Notes under the pieces: generated by a model | Told to the model about the DNA's origin: nothing | Database searches by the model: none | Seen by the model: only the letters and a program-made list of their open reading frames with translations | Position numbers and translations under genes: made by a program | NCBI GenBank assembly: GCA_035221665.1 | Contig: CM069155.1 | Span: 23,932,001 to 23,996,000 of the forward strand | Origin: Okamejei kenojei | Taxonomy: Eukaryota | Reading direction: 5' to 3' | Length of the DNA stretch: 64,000 bases | Part shown: one piece after another, positions 12,111 through 23,451 of the stretch | Layout: every line of letters starts with the position of its first letter | How positions within the stretch are numbered: the first letter of the stretch is position 1

Positions 12111-12943
12111 ACTGGCGATATAATGTAATGATGGGCTGAATGGGATAGAAAGATAGAAGCCAGATAATCATTTTGTCTAACGAATGCTTAGCATAAGCAG
12201 TGAAATACATTTCAACTCTCTCTCTCTCTCTTTATCCCCCCCATTTCTCACTACAATTGCTACTTATTTCTTCCACTATAATGGGAAATTCGAGTGTGAC
12301 TGATACTCTAAGTGGCAGAACACACATTACTCGTTGTTCCATTTGTTGAAGACAATTTGTGAAACATGGCTCAGTGACTAAACACAACAAGGCACAATAA
12401 AGACTTTCCAACCAGATCTGGAAATTATGGGCGTGCTCCAGTACTAATGTGTAATCACAGCCTGGCCTTTTTTTGTACTCAATTAAAGCCCCCGCAAATA
12501 AACACCAACACAAACGGAGCTCATAATCAAATAAACACTGCCGATTACCTCACACCTATTTAACAATAGTTGGCAAATTTGGCCAGATTTCTAGCCATCA
12601 ACATCCAGGGCTAATCCCTGCTTACATTGAACCACACGATAAGCATTCAGGGTGCATCTGACTTATCACCGTCCACCCCACCTTAAATGTATTTCAATGG
12701 ACTGCACATACTGTCGTTAAACATTTTAAGAGACCCTGCATCTTCTTACAATTTTGTTTTTTTTTAAATAGAATTGTACTTTAGCCGACCCTGGTCGACA
12801 CAAATGCACCCGCCCTCCAGTGGGAACACACTGAACTGTCTCTGCGATTCCTTGGCAATCGCCTGCTACAAGCTGAGCCCGCGTCCAATAGAAAATGCTG
12901 CATTTATGTCAGTCCATTTAAAAAACAGGTTTGCACATAATAC

Positions 12944-13116
12944 TGAAGACAGACACAAAATGCTGGAGTAACTCAGCGGGACAGGCAGCATCTCTGGAGA
13001 GGGAGGGGGAGGGAATAATTCCTTCCCTCCAGAGATGCTGCCTGTCCCGCTGAGTTACTCCAGCATTTTGTGTCTCTCTTCGGTGTAAACCAGCATCTGC
13101 AGTTCATTCCTGCACA
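12944..13116 (+). mobile_element. Fold-back Penelope-like element (inverted arm, sense arm, tail) lacking the hammerhead core
   Basis: ~55-bp near-perfect inverted arms; probable TSD TTGCACAT (12931-12938, 13117-13124). Confidence 0.85.
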
Positions 13117-13188
13117 TTGCACATGAAACACATTGTCAGACGTGTCTGTATCCTCAACACCATCGACACGCATGTCGCATCCACTTAC

Positions 13189-13222
13189 AACGGGCACAAC
13201 CGGTGCATAAAGCGTTGCACAT
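13189..13222 (-). other. Candidate exon 3
   Basis: TCCTTTTATTCAAG acceptor, consensus GTAAGT donor, 34 nt. Confidence 0.4.
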
Positions 13223-13337
13223 CTTGAATAAAAGGAACGATTGCAACAATTGGACTCTGGGTTTGTTTTTTTTTTTGGGGGGGGGGGGGAAATTGGGCTG
13301 GACATTGGCAGCAACACTGCCTGCAGGCAGCACTCAC

Positions 13338-13443
13338 TGCCACAGACTGGGCAACTCGCCCACCTGGACCTGGACTTCGCCACTGACTGTCGCCTGCAGT
13401 TTTGATCACACTGGCATCCCGGGCCATTCACAGACACCAGACC
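13338..13443 (-). other. Candidate exon 2
   Basis: TTGTTACAG acceptor, consensus GTGAGT donor, 106 nt. Confidence 0.4.
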
Positions 13444-13704
13444 CTGTAACAATTGGCCCCACCAGCCACGACTGACACGCACAGTGTGGACAGGCTGGAT
13501 GTACAGTTACTCCGCGCCGGCACATTCTCGCGCAGAATGGCAACACGGGGTTGTTTTTTTTTTAAAGGCACAAAAAAAAAGTTTTCCGCAGCAATAGATC
13601 ACAAGCATGCTAAACGTTCAGAGTGACAACGCGAGGACAGCATCGTCCCGGCAGGAACACCGCTTGGGGCGAGTGACAGGCGCTGTCCCACACGGAAACT
13701 GGGT

Positions 13705-14270
13705 GATCCCCTCTCTCCCTCTCCCACACTCACTCCTTCTCTCTCCCTCTCCTCTCTACCCAGTCTTCCCTTCTCCTTGCCCCCACCCCCGCCCTGCCTG
13801 TACCCCCTGTCCCCGTCCTGCCACCCTCTCTCACTCCCTCTACTCCTACCTTCCCCTCTCTCCCCCGTCTCTACCTCTCACTCATCTCCTGTCTACTCCT
13901 CTCCCCCCTCCTGTCTCTCTCCCCTCTCCTGCCCCCCCCCCCCCCCATTCTGTCCCTCGCCTACCTCTCCCCCTCCTGTCCCCCTCTCTGCTCTCTCCTG
14001 TCTACCCCCTATTCTGTCTCTCTCCCCCCTCTGTCCCCCTCTCCGCTCTCTCCTGTCTACCCCCTATTCTGTCTCTCTCCCCCTCTCCCCCTCCTGTCCC
14101 CCTCTCCCTCTCCGCTCTCTCCTGTCTAGCCCCCTATTCTGTCTCTCTCCCCCTCCTGTCCCCCTCTCCCTCTCTGCTCTCTCCTGTCTACCCCCTATTC
14201 TGTCTCTCTCCCCCTCTCTGCTCTCTCCTGTCTACCCCCTGTCCTGCCTCTCTCCCCCTCCTGTCCCCCC
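13705..14270. repeat. CT-rich low-complexity minisatellite
   Basis: Recurrent unit CTCTCTCCTGTCTACCCCCTATTCTGTCTCTCTCCCC; overwhelmingly pyrimidine on the + strand. Confidence 0.9.
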
Positions 14271-14278
14271 GTTCTCAC

Positions 14279-14650
14279 CTTCTTCCGGGGCTGCCATTTC
14301 ATCATATTTGGACGGGCGGGTTGCGGGGAGCATCAAGAGTGTGTGCAGGGTGTCCACATGCTGTCTGGCAGCAGCCGCCGTCCCACAGCGCGGGGCAGGA
14401 GGGTCCGGGGCGGGCGCCTCAGGGCCGGGGGCCACGCATGGTCCGGCAGCCGGGGCCGGCCCGCTCCCTTTCCCCGCTGCGGGTGTGCGAGCCGTCCCTC
14501 CGCCGCCGCGCTGCTCCGCTCCGCTCCGAGAGCGCAGTGTCGGCCAGCGCAGCCTCCACTACAGGCGGGGGAGGCAGGCGCGCCCCCGCCAGCAGCCAGG
14601 CGCGCCCCCGCCATCGCTGCTCGTTCCGGGACCGGGAGGGGAGGGGGAGA
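14279..14650 (-). promoter_or_regulatory. CpG island promoter and putative first exon of a - strand transcription unit
   Basis: The only dense non-repeat CpG/GC island in the window; AAG|GTGAGA donor at 14279/14278; several short upstream ATG ORFs. Confidence 0.7.
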
Positions 14651-14780
14651 CAGAGATAGGGGGAGGTTGGGGGGAGAGAGGGGGCAGACTTGCCAAGTGG
14701 TCACTTCTGGACTCTCCACACGACAGGAATGCCCCACCCAGTTCTCCCTGGCATGTTCCCTCTCTACAATGCCCCTTCTT

Positions 14781-14838
14781 TTTACAAACCTTGTTCTCTT
14801 TTTACAAACCTTGTTCTCTTTTCACAAACCTTGTTCTC
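14781..14838. repeat. 20-bp tandem repeat, about 3 copies
   Basis: TTTACAAACCTTGTTCTCTT at 14781, 14801 and 14821 (third copy has one substitution). Confidence 0.9.
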
Positions 14839-14839
14839 G

Positions 14840-14960
14840 GGTTATCTAAACCTACATTTTATTAGTCGTTTGAGTTATGACATCGGATGGAAGTTGCAAA
14901 CCAAATATCGTTGCACTTATGTGTAATGACAATAAAATATATTATTATTATTATTATTAT
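14840..14960 (+). mobile_element. Non-LTR retroelement 3' end with (ATT)n tail; second copy on the - strand at ~29605-29720
   Basis: GTTATGACATCGGATGGAAGTTGCAAACCAAAT...GACAATAAAATAT(ATT)n is shared between the two loci. Confidence 0.7.
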
Positions 14961-15184
14961 GATGGAGAGTTTGAATATAAAAGTCATATTATCGCCAGCT
15001 ACTCAGTAAATGGCAGCCTGAATTCACTGCTTCAACATTGAGGGTTTAACTGACTGACAGGACACCCCCAATAATGAACATATTCAGACAGAATGACGCA
15101 GTTAGATTTACCGGGTAACCACCAGTAAAATAGAACTTACTGGACCATGGTGGATTCGCTGAACAAACAAACTAAAATGTTCAG

Positions 15185-15392
15185 GAGACAGACAAAAAAA
15201 GCTGGAGTAACTCAGCGCGTCAGACAGCATCTCTGAAGAAAAGGAATAGGTGAAGCATGTCCCAATTAGAAGGAAGGATCCCAACCCAAAACGTCTCTTA
15301 TCAATGTGCTCCAGAGATGTAATAACAAGGAACTGCAGATGCTGGTTTATACCAAAGAAAAACACAAAATACTGAAGTAACACAACAGGTCA
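15185..15392. mobile_element. Penelope-like pLTR pieces, continuing at 15643-15737 after a CR1 insertion
   Basis: Family arms and tail; degenerate hammerheads at ~15268-15297 (+) and ~15675-15708 (-). Confidence 0.7.
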
Positions 15393-15642
15393 TAGAAACA
15401 TAGAAACATAGAAAATAGGTGCAGGAGTAGGCCATTCGGCCCTTCGAGCCTGCACCGCCATTCAATATGATCATGGCTGATCATCCAACTCAGTATCCTG
15501 TACCTGCCTTCTCTCCATGACCCCCTGATCCCTCTAGCCACAAGGGCCACATCTAACTCCCTCTTAAATATAGCCAATGAACGGACCTCAACTACCTTCT
15601 GTGGCAGAGAATTCCAAAGACTCACCACTCTCTGTGTGAAAA
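15393..15642 (-). mobile_element. CR1 3' end with 6-bp TSD
   Basis: AGGTCA at 15387-15392 and 15643-15648; (CATAGAAA)n tail. Confidence 0.9.
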
Positions 15643-15737
15643 AGGTCAGGCTGCACCCCTGGAGAACATGGATAGGTGACATATTGGGTTGGGACCTTTC
15701 TTCAGACTGATATCCAGAGGTGTTGCCTGACTGCTGA

Positions 15738-16148
15738 CACTGGAATTTAGAAGGATGAGAGATCTCACAGAAACATATACAATTCTTAAGGGATTGGACA
15801 GGCTAGGAAAAATTATCCTGATGTTGGGGGAATCCAGAACCAGCCAGGGGGTCACAGTTTAAGAATAAGGGGTATGTCATTTAGGAGTGAGATGAGGAAA
15901 AACATTTTCACCCAGAGAGTTGTGAATCTGTGGAATTCTCTGCCACAGAATGCAGTGGAGGCCAATTCACTGGATGTTTTCAAGAGAGTTAGATTTAGCT
16001 CTTTGGGTTAAGGGAATCAAGAGATATGGGGATAAAGCAGGTACAGGGTACTGATTTTAGATGATCGGCCATGATCATATTGAATGGCAATATTGGCTCG
16101 AAGGGCCGAATGGCCTACTTCTGCACCTATTTTTCTATGTTCTATGTA
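15738..16148 (+). mobile_element. CR1 3' fragment
   Basis: End of ORF2 plus 3' UTR ending TTTCTATGTTCTATG. Confidence 0.9.
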
Positions 16149-17295
16149 CTCTAATGTTTTCTTGTCATTTTTTTCTAACTTAAATCCCTTTCTCTTGGCA
16201 TTCAGGGAATAATATCAGTATCACAATAGAAGTTCATATCATCACAAGGTTTTTAGATTAACATCTGACAACAGATTTTTGCTCTCCAAAATGACAGCAC
16301 CTATACTTCAAAACAGCAATCGCCAAATATTTGAAATTTCTATGCAAAATAAACTTTTATTGTCACTGGTAATGGTTGTGCGGTATTTTAAACCATCTCA
16401 CTCCAAGAATAGGGCAACATCACAAATTGAGCTGACATTTACATAATGCAAATGTCAAGTGATAACTATCTCAAGGAGAAAATGGTTTCTCTGATGTTTT
16501 CATGGCACTGCCATATCCGACTCCTTCATTGCGAAAACATCATTCTGACGACTAAACTAGACCAATGACATCGGCAATATGGATGCAAGAAAGAGACTGA
16601 GGCTGCTGCGATGAACAAATCCAACAATTCAAAGCCTTGCCACAGCCCACAGGGCAGTATGGGATGAAATAGTGCCCTCGCCTTTGACCAGACCCCGGGT
16701 AGATTTAAACGTTTCAAACGGTGTCGAAGGAGAAGGCAGGTACCTTCTACCACCAACTGTGGACAACTACCGATGGCTTACCCACATCATCCAGATAGCA
16801 ATGAAACCTTCCTAACATGCCTCCAGTTTAATTACAGTGATGCTTTGAAAGTCGGAGATATTCTGCCAGGAAGACAAATGAGGAGATATAATACAACCCA
16901 TGGCACTTTCCCCACCAGCCATCTCCTCAGGGGCACGTGGTCTTCAGCCCAATGTCCATAATGCCCCAGCGGCTGGTGAGATGATCCTTGGTGATCAAAA
17001 AGCTATTCAATTTATGGACGTTATGCATCATGTTGACTGTCACTGCAAAGTTAGATCTTGTCTGTATTTCCTGATTTATTGGCACTAACGTTGTTTTATA
17101 TTAACAGACTATTATTTCCATTTGGATAACTGACTGTTGGCAGTTGGAACTGTGATCCCCAAAGTCATCATATTTTTATATATTCGCTGCTGTATTTATT
17201 AACCTGATGCCGTGTTATTTGTGTTCATGACATAGTGATAAATATTGTTTCTGCTAATATTGTATGCTTGGCCTTGCACTGACAACACAGGGTTC

Positions 17296-17640
17296 AAGAG
17301 TCAAGAGTCGATTCAGGACTGTTTAATGGTCATGAACCGGAACGGAACAGTGAAATTCTTCCTTGCTCCAGCCTAACAGGCTCGTTAATGCAACAACACA
17401 CAGCTACATATATAATAATCAGGATACAATAAATTAATAACAGTCGTACAAACTGAAGTCCAAAAGGACACAGTCCAGGGCAGCTCATTATTGCTGAGGT
17501 AGTGGTTAGTGTTGTGCAGTGTTCAAGAGCCTGAAGGTTGTTGGGAAGAAGCTGTTCTCAAACCGGTTTTGAGATGAGAGCGTGGCCAGGGTGGTGTGGG
17601 TCTTTGATGATACTGACTGCCTTTATGAGGTAGCGCCTCC
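17296..17640 (-). mobile_element. Rex1/Babar non-LTR retrotransposon 3' fragment
   Basis: - strand RRYLIKAVSIIKDPHHPGHALIS...RFENSFFPTTFRLLN and (GACTCTT)n tail. Confidence 0.8.
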
Positions 17641-17807
17641 TTCAGGAAACATTCAGAATGGTTTCCAACTCTCGGGACAGAGTTTGTAAATGACTTTTGA
17701 ATATTAGTTTAATCACCATAACTAGTGAGTCAAGCAGTTTAGGATTTAACGTTATCTCCAACGTAGCTATGCTTTTACCAGCAAACAACTCCGCAGTTGT
17801 TGAAAAC

Positions 17808-18013
17808 AAAATACACAAAGTGCTGGACTAACTCAGTGGGTCAGGCAGCATCTCTGGAGAACATGGATTGGTGACAGGAGCCTTCAGTCTGAAGAGTCCC
17901 GATCCGAAACGTCACCTATCCATGTTCTCCAGAGATGTTGCCTGACCTACTGAGTTACTGCAGCACTTTGGATCTTTTTCTGTAAACCAGCATCTGCAGT
18001 TTTATGTATCTCC
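17808..18013 (+). mobile_element. Fold-back Penelope-like element with hammerhead motif at 17886-17916
   Basis: Inverted arm to 17875, then AGTCTGAAGAGTCCCGATCCGAAACGTCACC and tail. Confidence 0.8.
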
Positions 18014-18286
18014 ATATTCGTTAAACTATGACTCAGACCTATATAAACCAAAACAGGATTTGGTTCAACCATCTTGGGTGTACTTCTTTCACTGACATTT
18101 AAATTCACATGATATGTACATGTAAAATAATGTCAAACAGATGGATGCTTCAAAATCAAATACTGATCCAAAAACAAGAGACACTCCCAAGGCTGCAAAC
18201 CAACTTTCCACTCACTGAGCCCACCTTGAAACAGTGTGCTCTACCTGCTAAGTTTGCCTTTTGCGGACATCTCTCATCACTAGCCA

Positions 18287-18457
18287 TGTGTAGGAAGGAG
18301 CTGCAGATGCTGGTGTACACTGAAGATAGACACAAAATGCTGGAGTAACTCAGCGGGACAGGCAACATCTCTGGAGAGAAGGAATGGGAGACGTCACCCA
18401 TTCGTTCTACCCAGAGATGCGGCCTGTCCCGCTGAGCTACTCCAGCATTTTGTGTCT
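18287..18457 (-). mobile_element. Fold-back Penelope-like element centred on the hammerhead ACGT
   Basis: GGAATGGGAG-ACGT-CACCCATTC centre (18391-18394); TSD TCTCTCATCACT (18270-18281, 18455-18466). Confidence 0.85.
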
Positions 18458-18827
18458 CTCATCACTCGCTATCGCCATCGTGTGCTGACCTTCTCCAATA
18501 CTGCCCACTCCATCTGCAGCCACAGGCCCACACTCAACCATGTCGCCACTTCCCCGGTGCAGACGGGCAAATCTTTTACACTTGCCTGCACATCCTTTCA
18601 CAATGATACTGGCCCATCACAAGGGTGAGAAAGCTTTCTGAACCTCCAAGGCTAAGAGAATGATGTGCTTCAAGTAAGAGGAAGTGTAAGGTCTGTAGAT
18701 GCACACTGCCATGGACAAATCCCCAGAGCATGAATAAATCGATCGCAGGGGCTGACGGGAAACAAGGCAGGAGATTCCTGTGTCTCGGCCAGAGACTGCT
18801 ACGTCATCTACGGTGAGGGACTGCAAG

Positions 18828-19170
18828 ACTGGAGGGTAGCAAACTCTACTCCCATATTCTGGAAGAGTGGTGGGGATAAACCAGGAAACCACAGGCCCAT
18901 CAGTTTTACATCAGCGGCAGGGAAACTATGGGAAAAAAATCTTGGAGACTGGAAGTATGATCCCTTGGAGAAGCAGAGATTGATTATGGGGAGTCAGTGT
19001 GGTTTGTGCAGGGAAAACTCTGCCTCACAAATTTGGCTGAGATTTCTGAGCTGATTATAAAGGAAAATGATGTAGGCAAGGCAATGTCCTGTACATGGGC
19101 TTTAGGAAGGTTTTGGCAAGCTCCCTGCATTTGATAAGAGCAAAAAGCTAAGGTACATAGTGTCCAAGGT
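18828..19170 (+). mobile_element. Old CR1 RT-domain fragment
   Basis: WRVANSTPIFWKSGGDKPGNHRPISFTSAAGKL resembles the CR1 motif W+xANV.PIFKKG...GNYRPVSLTS. Confidence 0.7.
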
Positions 19171-19284
19171 GTTTTCACAAGCCTTTTTTCTTGCTATTTT
19201 AACAAAGACATTTCTTACTTAAGCACAGATGAATATGGAGGGTTGGGAAGAAATATTGCTCTGACAATATCACTGTTGACAATT

Positions 19285-19533
19285 AGAATCATAGAATCAT
19301 AGAAAATAGGTGCAGGGGTAGGCCATTCGGCCCTTCGAGCCTGCACCGCCATTCAATACGATCATGGCTGATCATCCAACTCAGTATCCCGTACCTGCCT
19401 TCTCTCCACACCCCCGATCCCTTTAGCCACAAGGGCCACATCTAACTCCCTCTTAAATGTAGCCAATGAACTGGCCTCAACTACCTTCTGTGGCAGAGAA
19501 TTCCACAGACTCACCACTCTCTGTGTGAAAAAA
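19285..19533 (-). mobile_element. CR1 3' end
   Basis: Closely similar to 15393-15642 and truncated at the same TGTGTGAAAAA position. Confidence 0.9.
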
Positions 19534-20574
19534 ATTGTCAGACAAAGACCAATTACAGAAATCTTAAAGCATTGTATTCTTAATGTTCAGCTTTGAAAAC
19601 ATGAAAACGTGACTGTAAATGAAATAAAATATAATTTCACATCCCAAACCACACTGGTTTAAATATCCATTAATGCTGCTCAAAAGCACCAGCCGCATCA
19701 GATTTGTGCTTAATCTAAAACTTCCGACTCAGAGAATAGGGAGCCACTGACCCAAGCCAGCACTCACAAAGGGTTATAACATTCAGGCAGATTGTGGTAT
19801 GCTTCATGAGTTTAGTTGGTACCATCTGCTTTTCTAAAATATGTTTTTGCAATAAGCATGATTAAGCATGTCCCTTAAAGTCCAAAGAGTATTTAATTGT
19901 TGTCCTCGTGTGACTGGGGAATATAATTATAACAAAAAGGATCGTTCAACAAACTTCTCAAATCTGCCTATTTCTGAACAGGATGTCACACACCATTAGT
20001 TTTGCAAGATTGTGCAAGCCTTATGAAAACAGAGCCAAAGAGTTTACTGTCTAGATGCTAGTGCTTGCTGGTTGAGTGATTTAGACCTGGCACCTACTTA
20101 TCTACAGTCGTGACACCATATGCAGGCAAGAAAACAGCGCAGAGACAAGCTACAGTAAGATGGTGCGTTTTCAACTAATTTCCATGCAAAAGGTGCTTTG
20201 TAAATCAGAATGAAAGGCATTCGGTTATTTTAGCACAAATTTCCTCATGTTCATCCCGTGAAGGAAGGTATCTCCTTCCCCATCGCCCCACCATGCACCT
20301 CCACCCAAACCCTTCTTCCTGTTACCCTCCCACCTCACACTCATCCCATGCTGAAATATGCTTACTGGCTGAATCATCTTCATTAATTGTTTTCAAACGA
20401 TAGACAGTGCATTGAAAACAAACCAGGAACTGTGTACATCTATTCCAGATGCACCCCTTTAGAAGCATTGATGAGACAATCCAAACCTAGGGCAGGAAGT
20501 ACCGCATAGGGGAATATTCCAGTATTCGGAGGCAGCCCCCTTGCATATTGGAGAATTCGACATGCAAGCCGCTG

Positions 20575-20880
20575 GATAGTTACAAAAAGTTGGAGTAACT
20601 CCGCGGGGAGAGGCAGCATCTCTGGAGAGAAGGAATGGGTGACTTTTCGGGTCGAGATCCTTCTTCAGACCGGGTTGTGAGCTATCCAAGCGGAATATGA
20701 GGTGCTGTGGCCTCACGCTGGCAATGGAGGAGGCCCAGGACGGAAATTGACAGCGTGGGAATGGGAAGGGGAGTTAAAATTGTGAGCGACTGGGAGATCC
20801 AGCAGGCCTGGGTGGGCGGAGTGCAGGTGTGTGGCAAATCAATTGCTTAATCTGCACTTGGACTTGCCAATGTGAAGGAG
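20575..20880 (-). mobile_element. Penelope-like element fragment: degraded GIY-YIG endonuclease C-terminus followed by hammerhead (20638-20672) and pLTR end
   Basis: - strand LLHIGKSKCRLSN*FATHLHS...DLPVAHNFNSPSHS/SVLGLLHCQREAT/QHLIFRLDSSQPG, then GGTCTGAAGAAGGATCTCGACCCGAAAAGTCACC. Confidence 0.85.
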
Positions 20881-22165
20881 GGCACTTTGAGGGAAATGAT
20901 GATTCTTTGGAAAAGCGCAGGTGCCGGGTTTCCCTGCTGCTTGACCTGCTCCACTGTACAAAGCACACTTCCGGAGTTCACTGCATACACATGAATTAGA
21001 TTCAAGGACGGGATATGAATGGTGCACTGCCCAAAGACTGCAGACACCTCCGTGGTCTCTGTGTGTTTGTGTGTGTACATGGATTACACGAGCAGAACTC
21101 ATTACATGGTAGCTTTTGATTAGATTTAATGATCCATTTTTCCTACAATTTCATCGCATGTTGCATGGAAAATAAAACTGCAATGTGATTAAATTGCTGG
21201 AACAAATGCGATGCTTTTAACTGATTATTATTATGTACTTTATTTTATAAATTAGAATGTTAAATAGCATTTCTCGGCAGAGTTTTCACCGGTTATTAAA
21301 ACAGATCTTGCTTGATTTCAGCCTAAATTCCTTTATGCAAATCTCGAAATCCCAAATCTGCCATGAACTAATGCAATAAGCAAGAGGGTTTAGAATCTCT
21401 TTCAACTGACTGGCTTACTGGTTACTGTGGAAGAGCAGGAAGCTGCTGCTGCTTTATTTGGAGTGTTCACAAAATAAACAGCCCCGGTCCATGTCTCTTC
21501 CACCTCCTGAGAGTCAAACAATTTTAAGCAATTGAACATGATCATGAAACAATGTCACCCAGCAGTTAGCTGGTTAGATTGGTGTAAAGCAGTCAATTTC
21601 TTGCTAGATTTGAATTATTAAAATTGCCTATGTCAATGAACTTGTCCCTAAATAACTAATAGCCATCAGGCTCATTTATCATTTCTTATTTTGTATACAG
21701 AGTACTGTGTTTACAGATTCTGTTGCGCTGCTGCAAGTAAGAATTTCATTGTTCTGTTCAGGACATTTGACATTAAAACACATGCCTCGTTCAGGCTTTC
21801 AGCATCATTAAAACAGCACAAACGCACTCTGGTGACTATGTTGATTTGAGGACCTCTCTAACTTTGCGGCTGGGGCCAATCAATTGCTTCATCTGCGATG
21901 ATGACCCAGGTATCCAAAGTCCACTCAATGGAACTCGTGCAGTGGTTCCTTGGGTTTGGCCAATTGCATGTGGCTTGCGGCAAGACGCAACAACTGAGTG
22001 GTGAATGATCATCACTTTTCATCCTTGTCTTGATGTTGCCCTTTTCGCTAACCACTCTCTCCCAAAGGAGTGTGCACCATGTTCCACAACATGGCAACGA
22101 CGGTGATCCAAGTCTCTCTGGAATCTCCATGATCGTTCTTTGATTGTTTACTCAGCACAAATCTT

Positions 22166-22753
22166 GGCAGAGTGTGGATTTGCAAAGAGAGTCTGGAGAA
22201 GTACGCAAGAGTCCCTGGCACGCTTTATCCCGAACAGCTCCGTCACAGAGGACTCTGTGATTTACGGACTGTTCCCAGGGACACTTTCAGAGACTGACAT
22301 CGAGTGCTGCTGGAAGGTCATCAACTCAGTGAAAGACGCCCTTTGGTCTGCCCGAGCATTGTTCACCACCCAGCAGAGCGAGATGTCCATCAGGGAATGT
22401 TGCCGACTGGCCCGCTGCAGACTCTAGAAGTACGTGCTGAGGGACGCACTGACGCTCGGTGCAGCCAACGCCAAGGCTCAGTGGGGGAGGCCACAGTCCA
22501 GGGTCCTTCCGCTGCTGGACATGGGGGGGCAGGGTGTGGTGGAGACGCCCCTCAAAATAAGGGAAGGTATCCCACGCCAGGGAGCCACATGAGTGGCACG
22601 GGTGGGGGACAGACTTGTGAAATTTGAGAAATGTATATAGACTGTATTGAACAATTTGTATAGCCTCCGAAAATGCCGGATGAATTGTTCGCATGGTTCA
22701 CGTATTGTATATATTTATTACCTGAATAAAGTCTATTTTGCAATTTTTAAAAA
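22166..22753 (+). mobile_element. 5'-truncated Tx1/L1-clade retrotransposon with 20-bp TSD
   Basis: ECGFAKRVW...VIYGLFPG...CWKVINSVKDALWSAR ORF2 C-terminus, AATAAA, short A tail; GTTTACTCAGCACAAATCTT at 22146-22165 and 22754-22773. Confidence 0.85.
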
Positions 22754-22814
22754 GTTTACTCAGCACAAATCTTCAAATGCTCTTTTCAAAGGCACTTCAG
22801 TTTTTTACCTGCCG

Positions 22815-23235
22815 TTTAGTCATAGAGCCACACAGCACAACAACAGGCCTTTCCGCCCAACTTGTCCATGCTGACCAAGATGCCCCGTCTCAAGAAGCCA
22901 GTCGCATTTGCACAGGTTTGCCCAAATCCCGCTAAACGTTCACTGCCCATGTAACTGCCCAAATGTCTTTTAAATGTTGTTACAGTACCCGTCGCCATGC
23001 TCCGTGTGAAAAAGTTGCCTCTCAGATTCCTATTAAGTCTTTCCCCTCTCACCTGAAACCTATGTCCTCTGGTTCTTGATTCCCCTACCATGGGTAAAAG
23101 ACTCATGGTGCATTCACCATATCCATTCTCCTCATGATCTTATACACCTCTATAAGATCACCCCTCATCCTCCTGCGCTCTGAGGAATAAAGACCTAACC
23201 TGCCCAACCTCTCCCTACAGCTCAGGCCCTTGAGT
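22815..23235 (-). mobile_element. CR1 3' fragment
   Basis: LGLYSSERRRMRGDLIEVYKIM and ESRTRGHRF motifs. Confidence 0.85.
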
Positions 23236-23451
23236 GTGAAATAAAATCGATCTTGTTCAGGTTTGTTCACTAAATTAAATTTTTGAGATGAGTGAAATGG
23301 CCAGAGCAATACCGAACAAAGACATCACTTGATATGAACTTCGGAGCAGGTGCAGGGTGAACCCAGTGACAAGCAACCCAGGGATTCCATCGCCAGATTA
23401 TCTGTGGACGTTAGCAAGTATCTCCACCACTAGTGCTTCAGCCTGTGCACA

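Noticed and set aside
14279-14297. MAAPEE start resembling the FAF2 or DDX47 N-termini
   Set aside because: A donor follows immediately and no downstream exon matches either protein.
13607-14865. Long + strand ORFs of 350 and 362 aa
   Set aside because: Pro/Leu/Ser-rich translations of the CT minisatellite and CpG island, where stop codons are compositionally rare.
16770-16810. YLDD motif on the - strand suggesting an LTR reverse transcriptase
   Set aside because: No other RT motifs in the flanking frames; probably chance.
17492-17520. TGAGGTAGTGG, let-7-like seed
   Set aside because: Diverges after 9 nt, shows no precursor hairpin and lies inside a Rex1 fragment.
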